Shown: piece after piece, positions 15,739-22,608 of the stretch
Numbering within the stretch: the stretch's first letter is position 1
How the letters are laid out: each line of letters begins with the position of its first letter
Source: a virus
Virus record (IMG/VR): IMGVR_UViG_3300045988_068238
Length of the DNA: 42,089 nucleotides
Direction: 5' to 3' (one strand)
The notes under the pieces: model-generated
Told to the model about the DNA's origin: nothing
Database searches by the model: none
Seen by the model: the letters and a program-made list of their open reading frames with translations, nothing else
Translations under genes and position numbers: made by a program

Positions 15739-16549
15739 CACTCCTTTTCAAATTGCAGCAGTCATCTTTATTGAAGTTGACCGCTTCTTTCCAGTATTCG
15801 TAATGTTCTGTCACATCTTCGCAGACGGACGCTTCGTCAAAGCCAGTGACTTTTGACAGGTATTCGATTTTTCTTGACAGCGGAAGATGCTGATAGCCTG
15901 ACTGCTTGACTGTGTATTCCGTGTAATCCAGCGGCAACCATGTTTTAATCCAGTGATTTACACGAAGGAATTCAACAATGATTTTGTTGCACTTGATACT
16001 GTTCAGCCGGTCGAAGTCCACGAACTGCGGAATGTACGGGGAAAGCCTGACAGCCACATCAAAACCGGAAGCAAACAGTGTTTCCACTGCTTTTATCCGT
16101 CTTTCGACGCTTACCGCCTTTTCGCACGGTGCAAAAGTGATGCTGATCTGAATGTGCGCAAGCTGCTTGTCAAGAATATCCATGTATTCACATACAAGGT
16201 CAGACTTCGTGACAATCAGATAGCCGATGCCGTACTTGTTCAGCAGCTCGATTGTGCCTTTGGTGACCCTCTCCCGACGTTCAAGCGGCTGGAAGCAGTC
16301 TGTCATACCGCCAAGCCGGACAATCGTTCCCGGTTCAAGCTTTGCTATCTTGCGCTCGATCTTCGCCAAGCTTGCCACAGACGGCTCTACAGCGTCCCAC
16401 AAGCCCCGGAAACTAAGCAACGATTTTGCATAGCAGTATGAACAATCATGGGCGCAGCCGCAGCCGTAGGTGTCCAGACGCTTGTTGTACTGGCATTTAC
16501 CGCCCTCGTTTCCTTTGACTTCCTTGTAAAAACTCTTGAATTCTTTCAT
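15686..16549 (-). CDS. Radical SAM protein (COG1533 / SplB-like type)
   Basis: YGCGCAHDCSYCYAKSL contains CxxxCxxC in the C.H.C.YCYA context typical of the DNA-photolyase-like radical SAM group. Start ATG 16549 (AAAGGTG plus 8 nt). The 3-prime end overlaps the YqaJ start by 53 nt. Confidence 0.7.
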   Translation of the reverse strand: MKEFKSFYKEVKGNEGGKCQYNKRLDTYGCGCAHDCSYCYAKSLLSFRGLWDAVEPSVASLAKIERKIAKLEPGTIVRLGGMTDCFQPLERRERVTKGTIELLNKYGIGYLIVTKSDLVCEYMDILDKQLAHIQISITFAPCEKAVSVERRIKAVETLFASGFDVAVRLSPYIPQFVDFDRLNSIKCNKIIVEFLRVNHWIKTWLPLDYTEYTVKQSGYQHLPLSRKIEYLSKVTGFDEASVCEDVTEHYEYWKEAVNFNKDDCCNLKRSDDILDRNENLVQPGRMA

Positions 16550-16614
16550 TGCTTTTTCACCTTTCACTATGTTTTAAGGTCAAAAAGCACCTATCACCCA
16601 ATTGCTAATATGGA

Positions 16615-16794
16615 TTACGCTTGTTTGGCTTTCGCCATGTACATTCTCGCTGCTGATTCTTTCAGGGTTTTCAGCCCTTCTTCTGTGAATTTCCCATCCC
16701 GGATGTACCGCCCACGCTCACGAATCGTGACAATGGCCTTTTCCGATTCATAGCGAACACCGCCATCCGGAAGCCTTGTGACGGTCATTTCCAT
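16615..16794 (-). CDS. Hypothetical small protein (59 aa), below the ORF-track threshold
   Basis: MEMTVTRLPDGGVRYESEKAIVTIRERGRYIRDGKFTEEGLKTLKESAARMYMAKAKQA. Strong RBS GAAAGGAG plus 7 nt. Preceded by an operator copy. Confidence 0.55.
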   Translation of the reverse strand: MEMTVTRLPDGGVRYESEKAIVTIRERGRYIRDGKFTEEGLKTLKESAARMYMAKAKQA

Positions 16795-16811
16795 TGCATT
16801 TCTCCTTTCTG

Positions 16812-16828
16812 GTGTCTAAATTAGACAC
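16812..16828. promoter_or_regulatory. Distal operator copy (perfect 17-bp palindrome GTGTCTAAATTAGACAC)
   Basis: Same GTGTC-N7-GACAC core as the three sites at 18042-18210. About 44 bp of flank (to 16855) is homologous to 18042-18084. Confidence 0.6.
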
Positions 16829-17035
16829 TTAATCTGCAAAAAAAATACGGTCTACCATATCGCTATCAAGGTTGTACTTGGCTTTGATTTTGAAAATCTC
16901 GCCTTGCTTGAATTCCGTGCCGTTCTCGTTGATCTTGTTGGACACGCTCTGCTCCGTGATGCCGAGATATTCAGCAAGTGAAGCGTTCGTGTCCCCATGC
17001 AGAACCATGATGCTTCTAAGCAGCTTACCGTTCAT
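16829..17035 (-). CDS. Small HTH protein (Cro/XRE-like, 68 aa)
   Basis: Start moved to ATG 17035 (AAGGAAGGTG RBS). LRSIMVLHGDTNASLAEYLGITEQSVSNKING is an HTH pattern. Confidence 0.65.
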   Translation of the reverse strand: MNGKLLRSIMVLHGDTNASLAEYLGITEQSVSNKINENGTEFKQGEIFKIKAKYNLDSDMVDRIFFAD

Positions 17036-17151
17036 AGTTGCTGTCACCTTCCTTTCCCTAAATTCCACACTCTGCGTTTATCAGGGCTTGTGACCTGCTC
17101 ATGTTTTCACATAAGGCCGCATTAAGGAACGGCCATGAAGGCCGTTTCGGC

Positions 17152-17379
17152 TTATACTCTGCGATTCCACATGTTTTGCACCGTTCCGATGTCCCGTGCA
17201 TATCCGGGGTCAACTCCGGCCGTGCAGTCCTCACACCATACTCGGTACCGTTCTCCGGCCATGTGCAGATAGCGTTCATATACGATTTCAGTTCCGCCAC
17301 AGAAGGGGCAAGGCTTCAAGGCTTGCGCTTCTGTTTTCGGCTTGAATACTTCAATTGTCGATTCTATTATGTTTGGCAT
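17152..17379 (-). CDS. Lar-family restriction alleviation protein (75 aa)
   Basis: Start moved to ATG 17379 (GGAGA plus 8 nt). LKPCPFCGGTEIVYERY...YRVWCEDCTAG...TVQNMWNRRV matches the Lar zinc-ribbon pattern, including the terminal WNRR. Confidence 0.7.
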   Translation of the reverse strand: MPNIIESTIEVFKPKTEAQALKPCPFCGGTEIVYERYLHMAGERYRVWCEDCTAGVDPGYARDIGTVQNMWNRRV

Positions 17380-17392
17380 CGTCATTCTCCTT

Positions 17393-17653
17393 TCAGACCG
17401 TTTCGGCATACCTTTTACTAAGGATTTTTTCAATTTCACTAAGTCTTGTTGCAAGATTCCTTTCAAGCCAATAATCAGCAGGGACAAATCCGCGCATTTC
17501 TCCGCAATAAGCAAAAAAGGTGTTGTCATGTCCGTAGTCGCCTTTTGCATATCTCCACGCATCAAGCAAAGAAACATATTGCTTTTGAAGGGCTTCAAGG
17601 CTCATTTTTGATATATCAATCGACAACAGTTTTTTTGCTTTTGATATGTTCAT
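17393..17653 (-). CDS. Hypothetical protein (86 aa)
   Basis: ATG with GGAAAGGAGAAG RBS. Fits the operon packing. Confidence 0.6.
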   Translation of the reverse strand: MNISKAKKLLSIDISKMSLEALQKQYVSLLDAWRYAKGDYGHDNTFFAYCGEMRGFVPADYWLERNLATRLSEIEKILSKRYAETV

Positions 17654-17704
17654 GATCTTCTCCTTTCCGGGCGGTTTAGCCGCCGCCCTTCGGCTTTTTT
17701 ACGT

Positions 17705-18013
17705 TTACGCGATTTCAAACCAATCGCCAAACTTAGTCATGAAGTGCTTTGCGCTGTGGTTTGTCTCTGCCGCCGCCCACTTCGTGGAGCGCTTTTCCAT
17801 AATCGCCGTGTAGGTCTGTGCTTTAACATTGCTCTCGACCTTTTCAACCTTGCCGCTCTTTTCCATGATCTTAATGAGGTACATCGTTTCCGGATTGTGT
17901 ATTGCATCCGCTTCGATTATCGCTTCGGCGATGGTCTTTGCATTCAGGGCGCGATATTCAGCAGTCATGGGCTTGTAGGTGGCGCTGTAATCGATGTAAA
18001 GAACGAATTTCAT
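17705..18013 (-). CDS. Hypothetical protein, first gene of the early operon (102 aa)
   Basis: Start moved to ATG 18013 (GAAAGGGAAACAAA-ATG). The N-terminal extension in the ORF track runs through the operator. Confidence 0.6.
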   Translation of the reverse strand: MKFVLYIDYSATYKPMTAEYRALNAKTIAEAIIEADAIHNPETMYLIKIMEKSGKVEKVESNVKAQTYTAIMEKRSTKWAAAETNHSAKHFMTKFGDWFEIA

Positions 18014-18041
18014 TTTGTTTCCCTTTCTGCCTGTTGGCATA

Positions 18042-18058
18042 GTGTCTAAATCAGACAC
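18042..18058. promoter_or_regulatory. Operator O1 (GTGTCTAAATCAGACAC)
   Basis: GTGTC-N7-GACAC palindrome in the 5-prime leader of the early operon. Confidence 0.6.
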
Positions 18059-18093
18059 TTAAATGTAAAAAATATATCGGCTACTGCCGTTCG

Positions 18094-18110
18094 GTGTCTC
18101 TTTAGGACAC
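18094..18110. promoter_or_regulatory. Operator O2 (GTGTCTCTTTAGGACAC)
   Basis: GTGTC-N7-GACAC core, 4 nt downstream of the early -10 box. Confidence 0.55.
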
Positions 18111-18114
18111 CATT

Positions 18115-18143
18115 ACTATACTACGATAATTTTTTTCTGTCAA
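18115..18143 (-). promoter_or_regulatory. Early (PR-like) promoter TTGACA-17-TATAGT
   Basis: On the minus strand, TTGACA is at 18143-18138 and TATAGT at 18120-18115, with a 17-nt spacer. Points into the early operon. Confidence 0.7.
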
Positions 18144-18173
18144 TAAGTTTTTCAAGGATTTCTAAAAAAATAT

Positions 18174-18202
18174 TTGATTTTTAGGAAACGAGCGTGTATT
18201 AT
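18174..18202 (+). promoter_or_regulatory. Repressor (PRM-like) promoter TTGATT-17-TATTAT
   Basis: TTGATT at 18174-18179 and TATTAT at 18197-18202. The -10 box is overlapped by operator O3. Confidence 0.5.
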
Positions 18203-18210
18203 TAAGACAC
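18194..18210. promoter_or_regulatory. Operator O3 (GTGTATTATTAAGACAC, one mismatch to the core)
   Basis: GTGTa-N7-GACAC, overlapping the -10 box of the repressor promoter and just upstream of its RBS. Confidence 0.45.
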
Positions 18211-18228
18211 CGAAAGGCGGTGATACCA

Positions 18229-18567
18229 ATGGATATAGGAAAGTTGATAAAAGATGCAAGAATCGCAAAGGGCTTGACGCAAGAAGAACTTGGGAAGCTT
18301 GTAGGGGTTCAGAAGTCTGCTATCGCTAAGTACGAAAACGGCAGGGTCGTTAATATAAAAAGAAGCACCTTGCAAGGCTTGGCAAAGGCGCTTGATCTTA
18401 AAGGGTCGGATTTAATCATTGAATCCAACCCAAAAGAAGCAGCTTCGCTAAGTGCAAGGGTGCTATCAGATAGCGACCTACGTGAAGTGGCCGAACTTTA
18501 TTTATCTCTAAGTGATGAAGATAAGAAAACCTATAAAGAATTACTTAGGCGATTGGCAAAACAGTAA
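18229..18567 (+). CDS. CI-like XRE-family repressor (112 aa, no S24 peptidase domain)
   Basis: IGKLIKDARIAKGLTQEELGKLVGVQKSAIAKYENG is an HTH. Divergent from the early operon. Start ATG 18229 (the ORF-track start 18220 is a GTG inside the RBS). Confidence 0.8.
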   Translation: MDIGKLIKDARIAKGLTQEELGKLVGVQKSAIAKYENGRVVNIKRSTLQGLAKALDLKGSDLIIESNPKEAASLSARVLSDSDLREVAELYLSLSDEDKKTYKELLRRLAKQ

Positions 18568-18714
18568 GGTTGACAGCTCTAACAAATATTCCAACTGTGA
18601 TGCGGATAGATTCACTAATATCTTGTTGATATTGATAACATTCATAAGGTTTTCAGCGCTGCATTGCTCAAACAGCATGACGGTTTCTTGTAGTTGTTCC
18701 TGATTAGCTGTCAT
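18541..18714 (-). CDS. Hypothetical 57-aa ORF convergent with, and overlapping, the repressor 3-prime end
   Basis: MTANQEQLQETVMLFEQCSAENLMNVININKILVNLSASQLEYLLELSTLLFCQSPK. RBS GAAAGGAG plus 10 nt. Overlaps 18541-18567 of the repressor gene. Below the ORF-track threshold. Confidence 0.4.
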   Translation of the reverse strand: MTANQEQLQETVMLFEQCSAENLMNVININKILVNLSASQLEYLLELSTLLFCQSPK

Positions 18715-18765
18715 TTCGTTGGTGCTCCTTTCAATCGTACAGAAAAAACTGTTTACATCGGAATC

Positions 18766-18794
18766 TTAACACCATAGGAAATTTTCTGTATACT
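18766..18794 (+). promoter_or_regulatory. Promoter TTAACA-17-TATACT for the second XRE gene
   Basis: TTAACA at 18766-18771 and TATACT at 18789-18794. Followed by the inverted repeat GTCGCAG-AG-CTGCGAC (18821-18836). Confidence 0.5.
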
Positions 18795-18862
18795 GGTTTA
18801 TTTTTACATTATGCGGTTTTGTCGCAGAGCTGCGACACGGCGTTTTGAAAGGCGGTGAAACC

Positions 18863-19228
18863 ATGCACATCGGTAACAGAATCAAAGCGCGGAGAACTGA
18901 ATTAAAGATGTCGGCTGACAGTTTGGCGAAGCTGATAGGGAAAGACCGGTCAACCGTTTACCGATATGAAAGCGGAGATATTGACAAGGTAAGTTCCGAA
19001 GTCCTTATAACGCTTGCCAATGCGCTGCAAACAACGCCGTCCTATCTGATCGGGCTTGACACAAAAGAAGAAGAAACGATTGCAACGTTTGTCGCATCGG
19101 AAGGTGTGCAAATTCGGCACTTGGACACATGGTGTCACGAATTAGGCCATATTGAATTTACCGATGAAGAAAACCGGGAAATTATCAATTATGCGAAGTA
19201 CCTTGTACATAAGCGAGAATTAAAATAA
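18863..19228 (+). CDS. Second XRE-family HTH protein (121 aa)
   Basis: IGNRIKARRTELKMSADSLAKLIGKDRSTVYRYESG is an HTH. Start ATG 18863. The C-terminal part contains HELGH. Confidence 0.75.
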   Translation: MHIGNRIKARRTELKMSADSLAKLIGKDRSTVYRYESGDIDKVSSEVLITLANALQTTPSYLIGLDTKEEETIATFVASEGVQIRHLDTWCHELGHIEFTDEENREIINYAKYLVHKRELK

Positions 19229-19402
19229 AACTCCGTGTGGGGATGTAGCTGCCACACTGCACCCCCACACTTCGTATGGGCTGATAGGTCTTGTTTGACC
19301 TGCCAACAGCCTATCATTGGAATAATTATGCTGCAACCCCACATCCGTGCAATTATGGCACGATAAGGGAACCGCCAGCACCGTTATTGGAAAGGATTAG
19401 AA

Positions 19403-20014
19403 ATGTACGAGAAATGTATCAGTTGCCAGCATTTAGGGCGCGATTGCATACCGAATTTCTACATTATGCCCCTGAATGATATGCGGCACTTCGCAAAGCG
19501 GCGCATGACCGCTTTGGGTTGGAAGAATGCCGACCTTTCGGATGAATCCGGTGTAAAGGAAGGGACAATCAAGAATACCCTTTCCCAGAAAGACAGGGAT
19601 GTCTATTATTCTACTTTCGCGCCCATGTTTTGTGCGCTAATTGGCTGCGGGAACGAAGAAACACCTTGCCCAGAAGTGGCCGTTGAAGAAAGCAAGCACC
19701 TTGAAACCATTGAACGGTTGGAAAAGGAAAAGCAGGAACTGGAACGGCGGCTTGAAGAAGTGAAAAAGGACGCAGATAAGCAGGCGGAATTTATGAAGGA
19801 CGAATTGCGGAAAGTCCGCGCAACATCCGATGACCGCAAAAAATGGCGCAATATCTTCTGCGTTGTTGCCTTTATAGCCATTGCGATAATCATGCTGGCG
19901 ATTGCCGCTGACGTTCTTAATAAAGGCGTGGGCTTCTTCTGGCTTGAAGATCATTCGGTTATAGGGGATTTTGCAAACAATGTTATAAATCATATAAAAG
20001 GCGGGAACTTATAG
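19403..20014 (+). CDS. Membrane-anchored protein with N-terminal Cys cluster/HTH-like segment, coiled coil and one TM helix
   Basis: CISCQHLGRDC, then WKNADLSDESGVKEGTIKNTLS (HTH-like), then LEKEKQELERRLEEVKKDADKQAEFMKDEL, then the TM helix IFCVVAFIAIAIIMLAIAADVL. Stop is 2 nt before the integrase ATG. Confidence 0.6.
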   Translation: MYEKCISCQHLGRDCIPNFYIMPLNDMRHFAKRRMTALGWKNADLSDESGVKEGTIKNTLSQKDRDVYYSTFAPMFCALIGCGNEETPCPEVAVEESKHLETIERLEKEKQELERRLEEVKKDADKQAEFMKDELRKVRATSDDRKKWRNIFCVVAFIAIAIIMLAIAADVLNKGVGFFWLEDHSVIGDFANNVINHIKGGNL

Positions 20015-20015
20015 G

Positions 20016-21590
20016 ATGAATACAGACCAAATAATAGAAAAAGTAACAAGTCAATATACACAAGACAAGTATGCAATGTACCTTAGAAAATCAAGGGCAG
20101 ACATCGAAATGGAAGCCCTTGGCGAAGGTGAAACACTGGCGAAGCACAAAACCATGCTTTTCAATCTTGCTGCAAGACATGATATTCTTCCAAGTCAGAT
20201 AACCATCTATCAGGAAATTGTGTCCGGCGAAAGCATTCAGGACAGGCCAGAAGTGCAGCGGCTTCTTGACGATGTATATGCCAATAAGTACAAAGGTGTC
20301 CTTGTTGTAGAAGTCGAACGTTTAGCCCGTGGTAATACGAAAGATCAGGGCGAAGTCGCGGAAGCTTTTCAGATGTCCGACACAAAAATCATCACCCCTG
20401 TCAAGGTATATGACCCTGACAACGAGTTTGACCAAGAATATTTTGAATTCGGCCTTTTCATGTCACGCAGGGAATACAAAACCATTCGCCGCCGTCTGGA
20501 AGCCGGTAAGCTTCAGGCCGTGCTCGAAGGTAACTATCTTCTTCCGCAGCGCGTATTCGGCTATAACATCGTGCGCAAAAGCAAAGACAACAGATATCTT
20601 GTCATCAATGAAGAAGAACAGCCGCTTGTGCAGATGATGTTTGATTGGTTCACGGAAGAAAACCGGTCATGCGATTGGATTGCAAAGCAGTTTACTTCCA
20701 TGGGGATTCCGACTATGCAAGGTAGTCGGGAATGGCATAAGGAAACAATATCTTGTATGCTGAAAAACAAGCTGTATATCGGTATCATCACTTGGGGAAA
20801 AAGCAAAACGGTTAAGGTGCGTGACCCGAAAACAGGCAAAGTTCAAAAAAAGCGTGTGCAAGCATCGCCGGAAGAAGTCAAGTATATCAATGGGAAACAC
20901 AAGCCAATTATCAGCGAAGCACAGTTCCGAAAGGCGCAAGGTCGATTCAAGAAAAACCCGATTAACCACGGGAAAGGGCTTGTCAGCCCCCTTGCCGGTC
21001 TGATTCACTGCGCTGACTGCGGGAAAGCTTTGGACTGGATAAATTACAAGGATAGCCGTGGAATCCGTTATTCGCACAAGGCAAGTACCTATTGCAAGAA
21101 AAAGTCTTTGCGTGTGGAAATCGTGTTTGACGCGCTTGTTGAAGCGCTGGAAGCCCACATTGAAGATTTTGAATTTAAGATGAACCATGACGGCAACGGT
21201 GCCGAACGCGCCCGCCACCTTGAAAAAATATCGCGGATGGATGCAGAGCTTGAAAAGCTGGAAAAGAAGCGCAAAAAACTGTTTGATGATTACGAAGATG
21301 AAGTATACACGAAGGAAGAATTCATAGAGCGAAAGCAGGTTTACGCGCAATCAATTGCCGATCTGAAAGCGCAGCTTGCACAGGCGAAAGCGGACGTGCC
21401 GGAAGTCATTGACTATTCCGAACGAATCATCACCTTGCAGAAAATCATTGAAACGTTCAAAGACCCTGCGCTTGATGCACAAGCAAAGAACGATTTTTTG
21501 AAGGAATTTATTGAAGATATCAGATATGATGTTATTGACTATGGCAGAAGCAAAGGCGGCAAGCCCGTGTTAGAAATCATTTTCAAATAA
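20016..21590 (+). CDS. int: Large serine recombinase (phage integrase)
   Basis: YLRKSRAD...VLVVEVERLARG is a resolvase catalytic domain. Followed by a recombinase domain, the zinc ribbon CADCGKAL...YCKKK and a C-terminal coiled coil. 524 aa. Confidence 0.9.
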   Translation: MNTDQIIEKVTSQYTQDKYAMYLRKSRADIEMEALGEGETLAKHKTMLFNLAARHDILPSQITIYQEIVSGESIQDRPEVQRLLDDVYANKYKGVLVVEVERLARGNTKDQGEVAEAFQMSDTKIITPVKVYDPDNEFDQEYFEFGLFMSRREYKTIRRRLEAGKLQAVLEGNYLLPQRVFGYNIVRKSKDNRYLVINEEEQPLVQMMFDWFTEENRSCDWIAKQFTSMGIPTMQGSREWHKETISCMLKNKLYIGIITWGKSKTVKVRDPKTGKVQKKRVQASPEEVKYINGKHKPIISEAQFRKAQGRFKKNPINHGKGLVSPLAGLIHCADCGKALDWINYKDSRGIRYSHKASTYCKKKSLRVEIVFDALVEALEAHIEDFEFKMNHDGNGAERARHLEKISRMDAELEKLEKKRKKLFDDYEDEVYTKEEFIERKQVYAQSIADLKAQLAQAKADVPEVIDYSERIITLQKIIETFKDPALDAQAKNDFLKEFIEDIRYDVIDYGRSKGGKPVLEIIFK

Positions 21591-21611
21591 GGGCTAATTT
21601 TTTTAGCCCTT
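21589..21611 (+). terminator. Hairpin terminator after the integrase gene
   Basis: AAGGGCTAA-TTTTT-TTAGCCCTT, a 9-bp stem starting within the stop codon. Confidence 0.55.
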
Positions 21612-21661
21612 ATTAGTAGCTTGATAAGTCTATTTTAGTAGGCTTATCATGCTACTAATAA
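21610..21661. other. Candidate attP (52-bp imperfect palindrome)
   Basis: The arms TTATTAGTAGCTTGATAAGTCT (21610-21631) and AGGCTTATCATGCTACTAATAA (21640-21661) match at 20 of 22 positions as an inverted repeat around ATTTTAGT. Immediately downstream of the serine integrase gene. Confidence 0.5.
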
Positions 21662-21717
21662 CACCAAACCGCTGATATTACTGATTATATCAACCATAAA
21701 AGAAATGGGGAATAGAA

Positions 21718-21885
21718 ATGAATGGCAACATAGTATTAGGCCATCTTGAAAAGCGGCTTATGGCCGGGGAAATAAGTGAAGCAGAATATAAGAAGCGCAA
21801 AGCGCAGTATATAGACGCGCTGTTTGAATTGTATGTCAAGGATATCATCACATACGATGAATTACAGGAAAAGCTAAACGGATAA
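21718..21885 (+). CDS. SHOCT-like small protein (55 aa), below the ORF-track threshold
   Basis: MNGNIVLGHLEKRLMAGEISEAEYKKRKAQYIDALFELYVKDIITYDELQEKLNG. The G.IS..EY..RK pattern repeats. RBS GGGGA plus 7 nt. Confidence 0.5.
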   Translation: MNGNIVLGHLEKRLMAGEISEAEYKKRKAQYIDALFELYVKDIITYDELQEKLNG

Positions 21886-21886
21886 T

Positions 21887-21918
21887 AAAAAGGGGTAGAC
21901 CGCAGTCTGCCCCTTTCT
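21887..21918. terminator. Bidirectional terminator
   Basis: AGGGGTAGAC-CGCA-GTCTGCCCCT, flanked by an A-run upstream and a T-run downstream. Lies between convergent genes. Confidence 0.7.
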
Positions 21919-21919
21919 T

Positions 21920-22243
21920 TTAATCCGCTATATCCGCTTTCGTATCTTCTACCAGCTCGCCGATCAACCGTTTTGCGCTTTCGCTATCGCCGCTGTCAAG
22001 CGCATCCGTTACTTTTTCAAGCTGCCGCAAAAGCCCCCGCTGATATGCACGGTGCATATTGTCCATTTCCGTTACTTCCATGATCGCCCGTTTGATAAAG
22101 GCATTCACGGTTTCGCCCGTACTTTCCGCATGGGCTTTCAGCGCATCCTTGCTGCCCTTCGGCAAAGCAACGGAAATTCGGTCAAGATTCTTGCTATCCC
22201 AATTCTTGTTTGCGTTTTTTCTGGCTTCTGAATAATTGGACAT
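21920..22243 (-). CDS. Ribbon-helix-helix (CopG/Arc-type) DNA-binding protein with a helical C-terminal domain
   Basis: DRISVALPKGSKDALKAHAESTGETVNAFIKRAI is an RHH pattern. 107 aa. The C-terminal 41 aa are paralogous to the 47-aa ORF at 22434-22577. Confidence 0.7.
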   Translation of the reverse strand: MSNYSEARKNANKNWDSKNLDRISVALPKGSKDALKAHAESTGETVNAFIKRAIMEVTEMDNMHRAYQRGLLRQLEKVTDALDSGDSESAKRLIGELVEDTKADIAD

Positions 22244-22286
22244 TTAGAAAACCTCCTTCAATTGCCGATATTGTACCACAATATTA

Positions 22287-22377
22287 TGCACTTAACAAGT
22301 GTACAATATGCACAACTTATTAAGTGTATCTTTGTGCGGTATTCCGGCTTGCATACACTTAATAAGTGTATTATAAT
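22287..22377. promoter_or_regulatory. Operator array (three ACTTA-N-TAAGT-type palindromes) with an embedded TTGCAT-17-TATAAT promoter
   Basis: CACTTAACAAGTG at 22289-22301. ACTTATTAAGT at 22315-22325. Perfect 17-bp TACACTTAATAAGTGTA at 22354-22370, which fills the spacer between TTGCAT (22349-22354) and TATAAT (22372-22377). Confidence 0.6.
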
Positions 22378-22433
22378 AGAGACAGTCAGGAAGGGAAACC
22401 ACCTGATAAAACAAGATAAAGGACGGTATCAAA

Positions 22434-22577
22434 ATGGCAGTATTCAAAAGTTATCTAAGGAAGCTTGCAAGGGATTTGAAAGACCTGAAAGCGGCGCTGA
22501 AAGAAAAGGATTATGAAAAGGCTGAAAAGCTGCTTGATAATCTAATTGCTGACACGCAAGCGGATATCGAAGATTAA
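22434..22577 (+). CDS. 47-aa helical protein, stand-alone paralogue of the RHH protein C-terminal domain
   Basis: MAVFKSYLRKLARDLKDLKAALKEKDYEKAEKLLDNLIADTQADIED. Lies downstream of the TATAAT promoter. Below the ORF-track threshold. Confidence 0.5.
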   Translation: MAVFKSYLRKLARDLKDLKAALKEKDYEKAEKLLDNLIADTQADIED

Positions 22578-22582
22578 CTGCG

Positions 22583-22608
22583 AAGGGACGGTGCAAACCG
22601 TCCCTTTT
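22583..22608 (+). terminator. Rho-independent terminator
   Basis: AAGGGACGG-TGCAAA-CCGTCCCTT followed by TT. Confidence 0.65.

Noticed and set aside
17128-17146. Hairpin AACGGCC-ATGAA-GGCCGTT after the Lar gene as a terminator
   Set aside because: The stem is 7 bp, and no U-run follows on the transcribed (minus) strand. It is not convincing as an intrinsic terminator.
17654-17704. GC-rich hairpin (GGGCGG...CCGCCC, T-run on the plus strand) inside the early operon
   Set aside because: The T-run is on the non-transcribed (plus) strand, and no plus-strand gene lies upstream. On the minus strand it is followed by the RBS, not by U residues. It is probably just structure in an intergenic spacer.
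19100-19228. HELGH in the second XRE protein as an ImmA/IrrE-type metalloprotease motif
   Set aside because: Only about 50 residues follow the HTH linker, too short for the COG2856 peptidase domain. A lone HExxH is likely coincidental. It is mentioned only as something HHpred could settle.
19229-19402. GTGTGGGG / CCACAC / CCCCACAC complementary segments after the second XRE gene, and the 62-aa ORF 19291-19479
   Set aside because: The hairpins lack a U-tract and the alternative pairings are short. The ORF starts at a non-ATG codon with no RBS and overlaps the next gene out of frame. The evidence is insufficient for an attenuator or a gene call.
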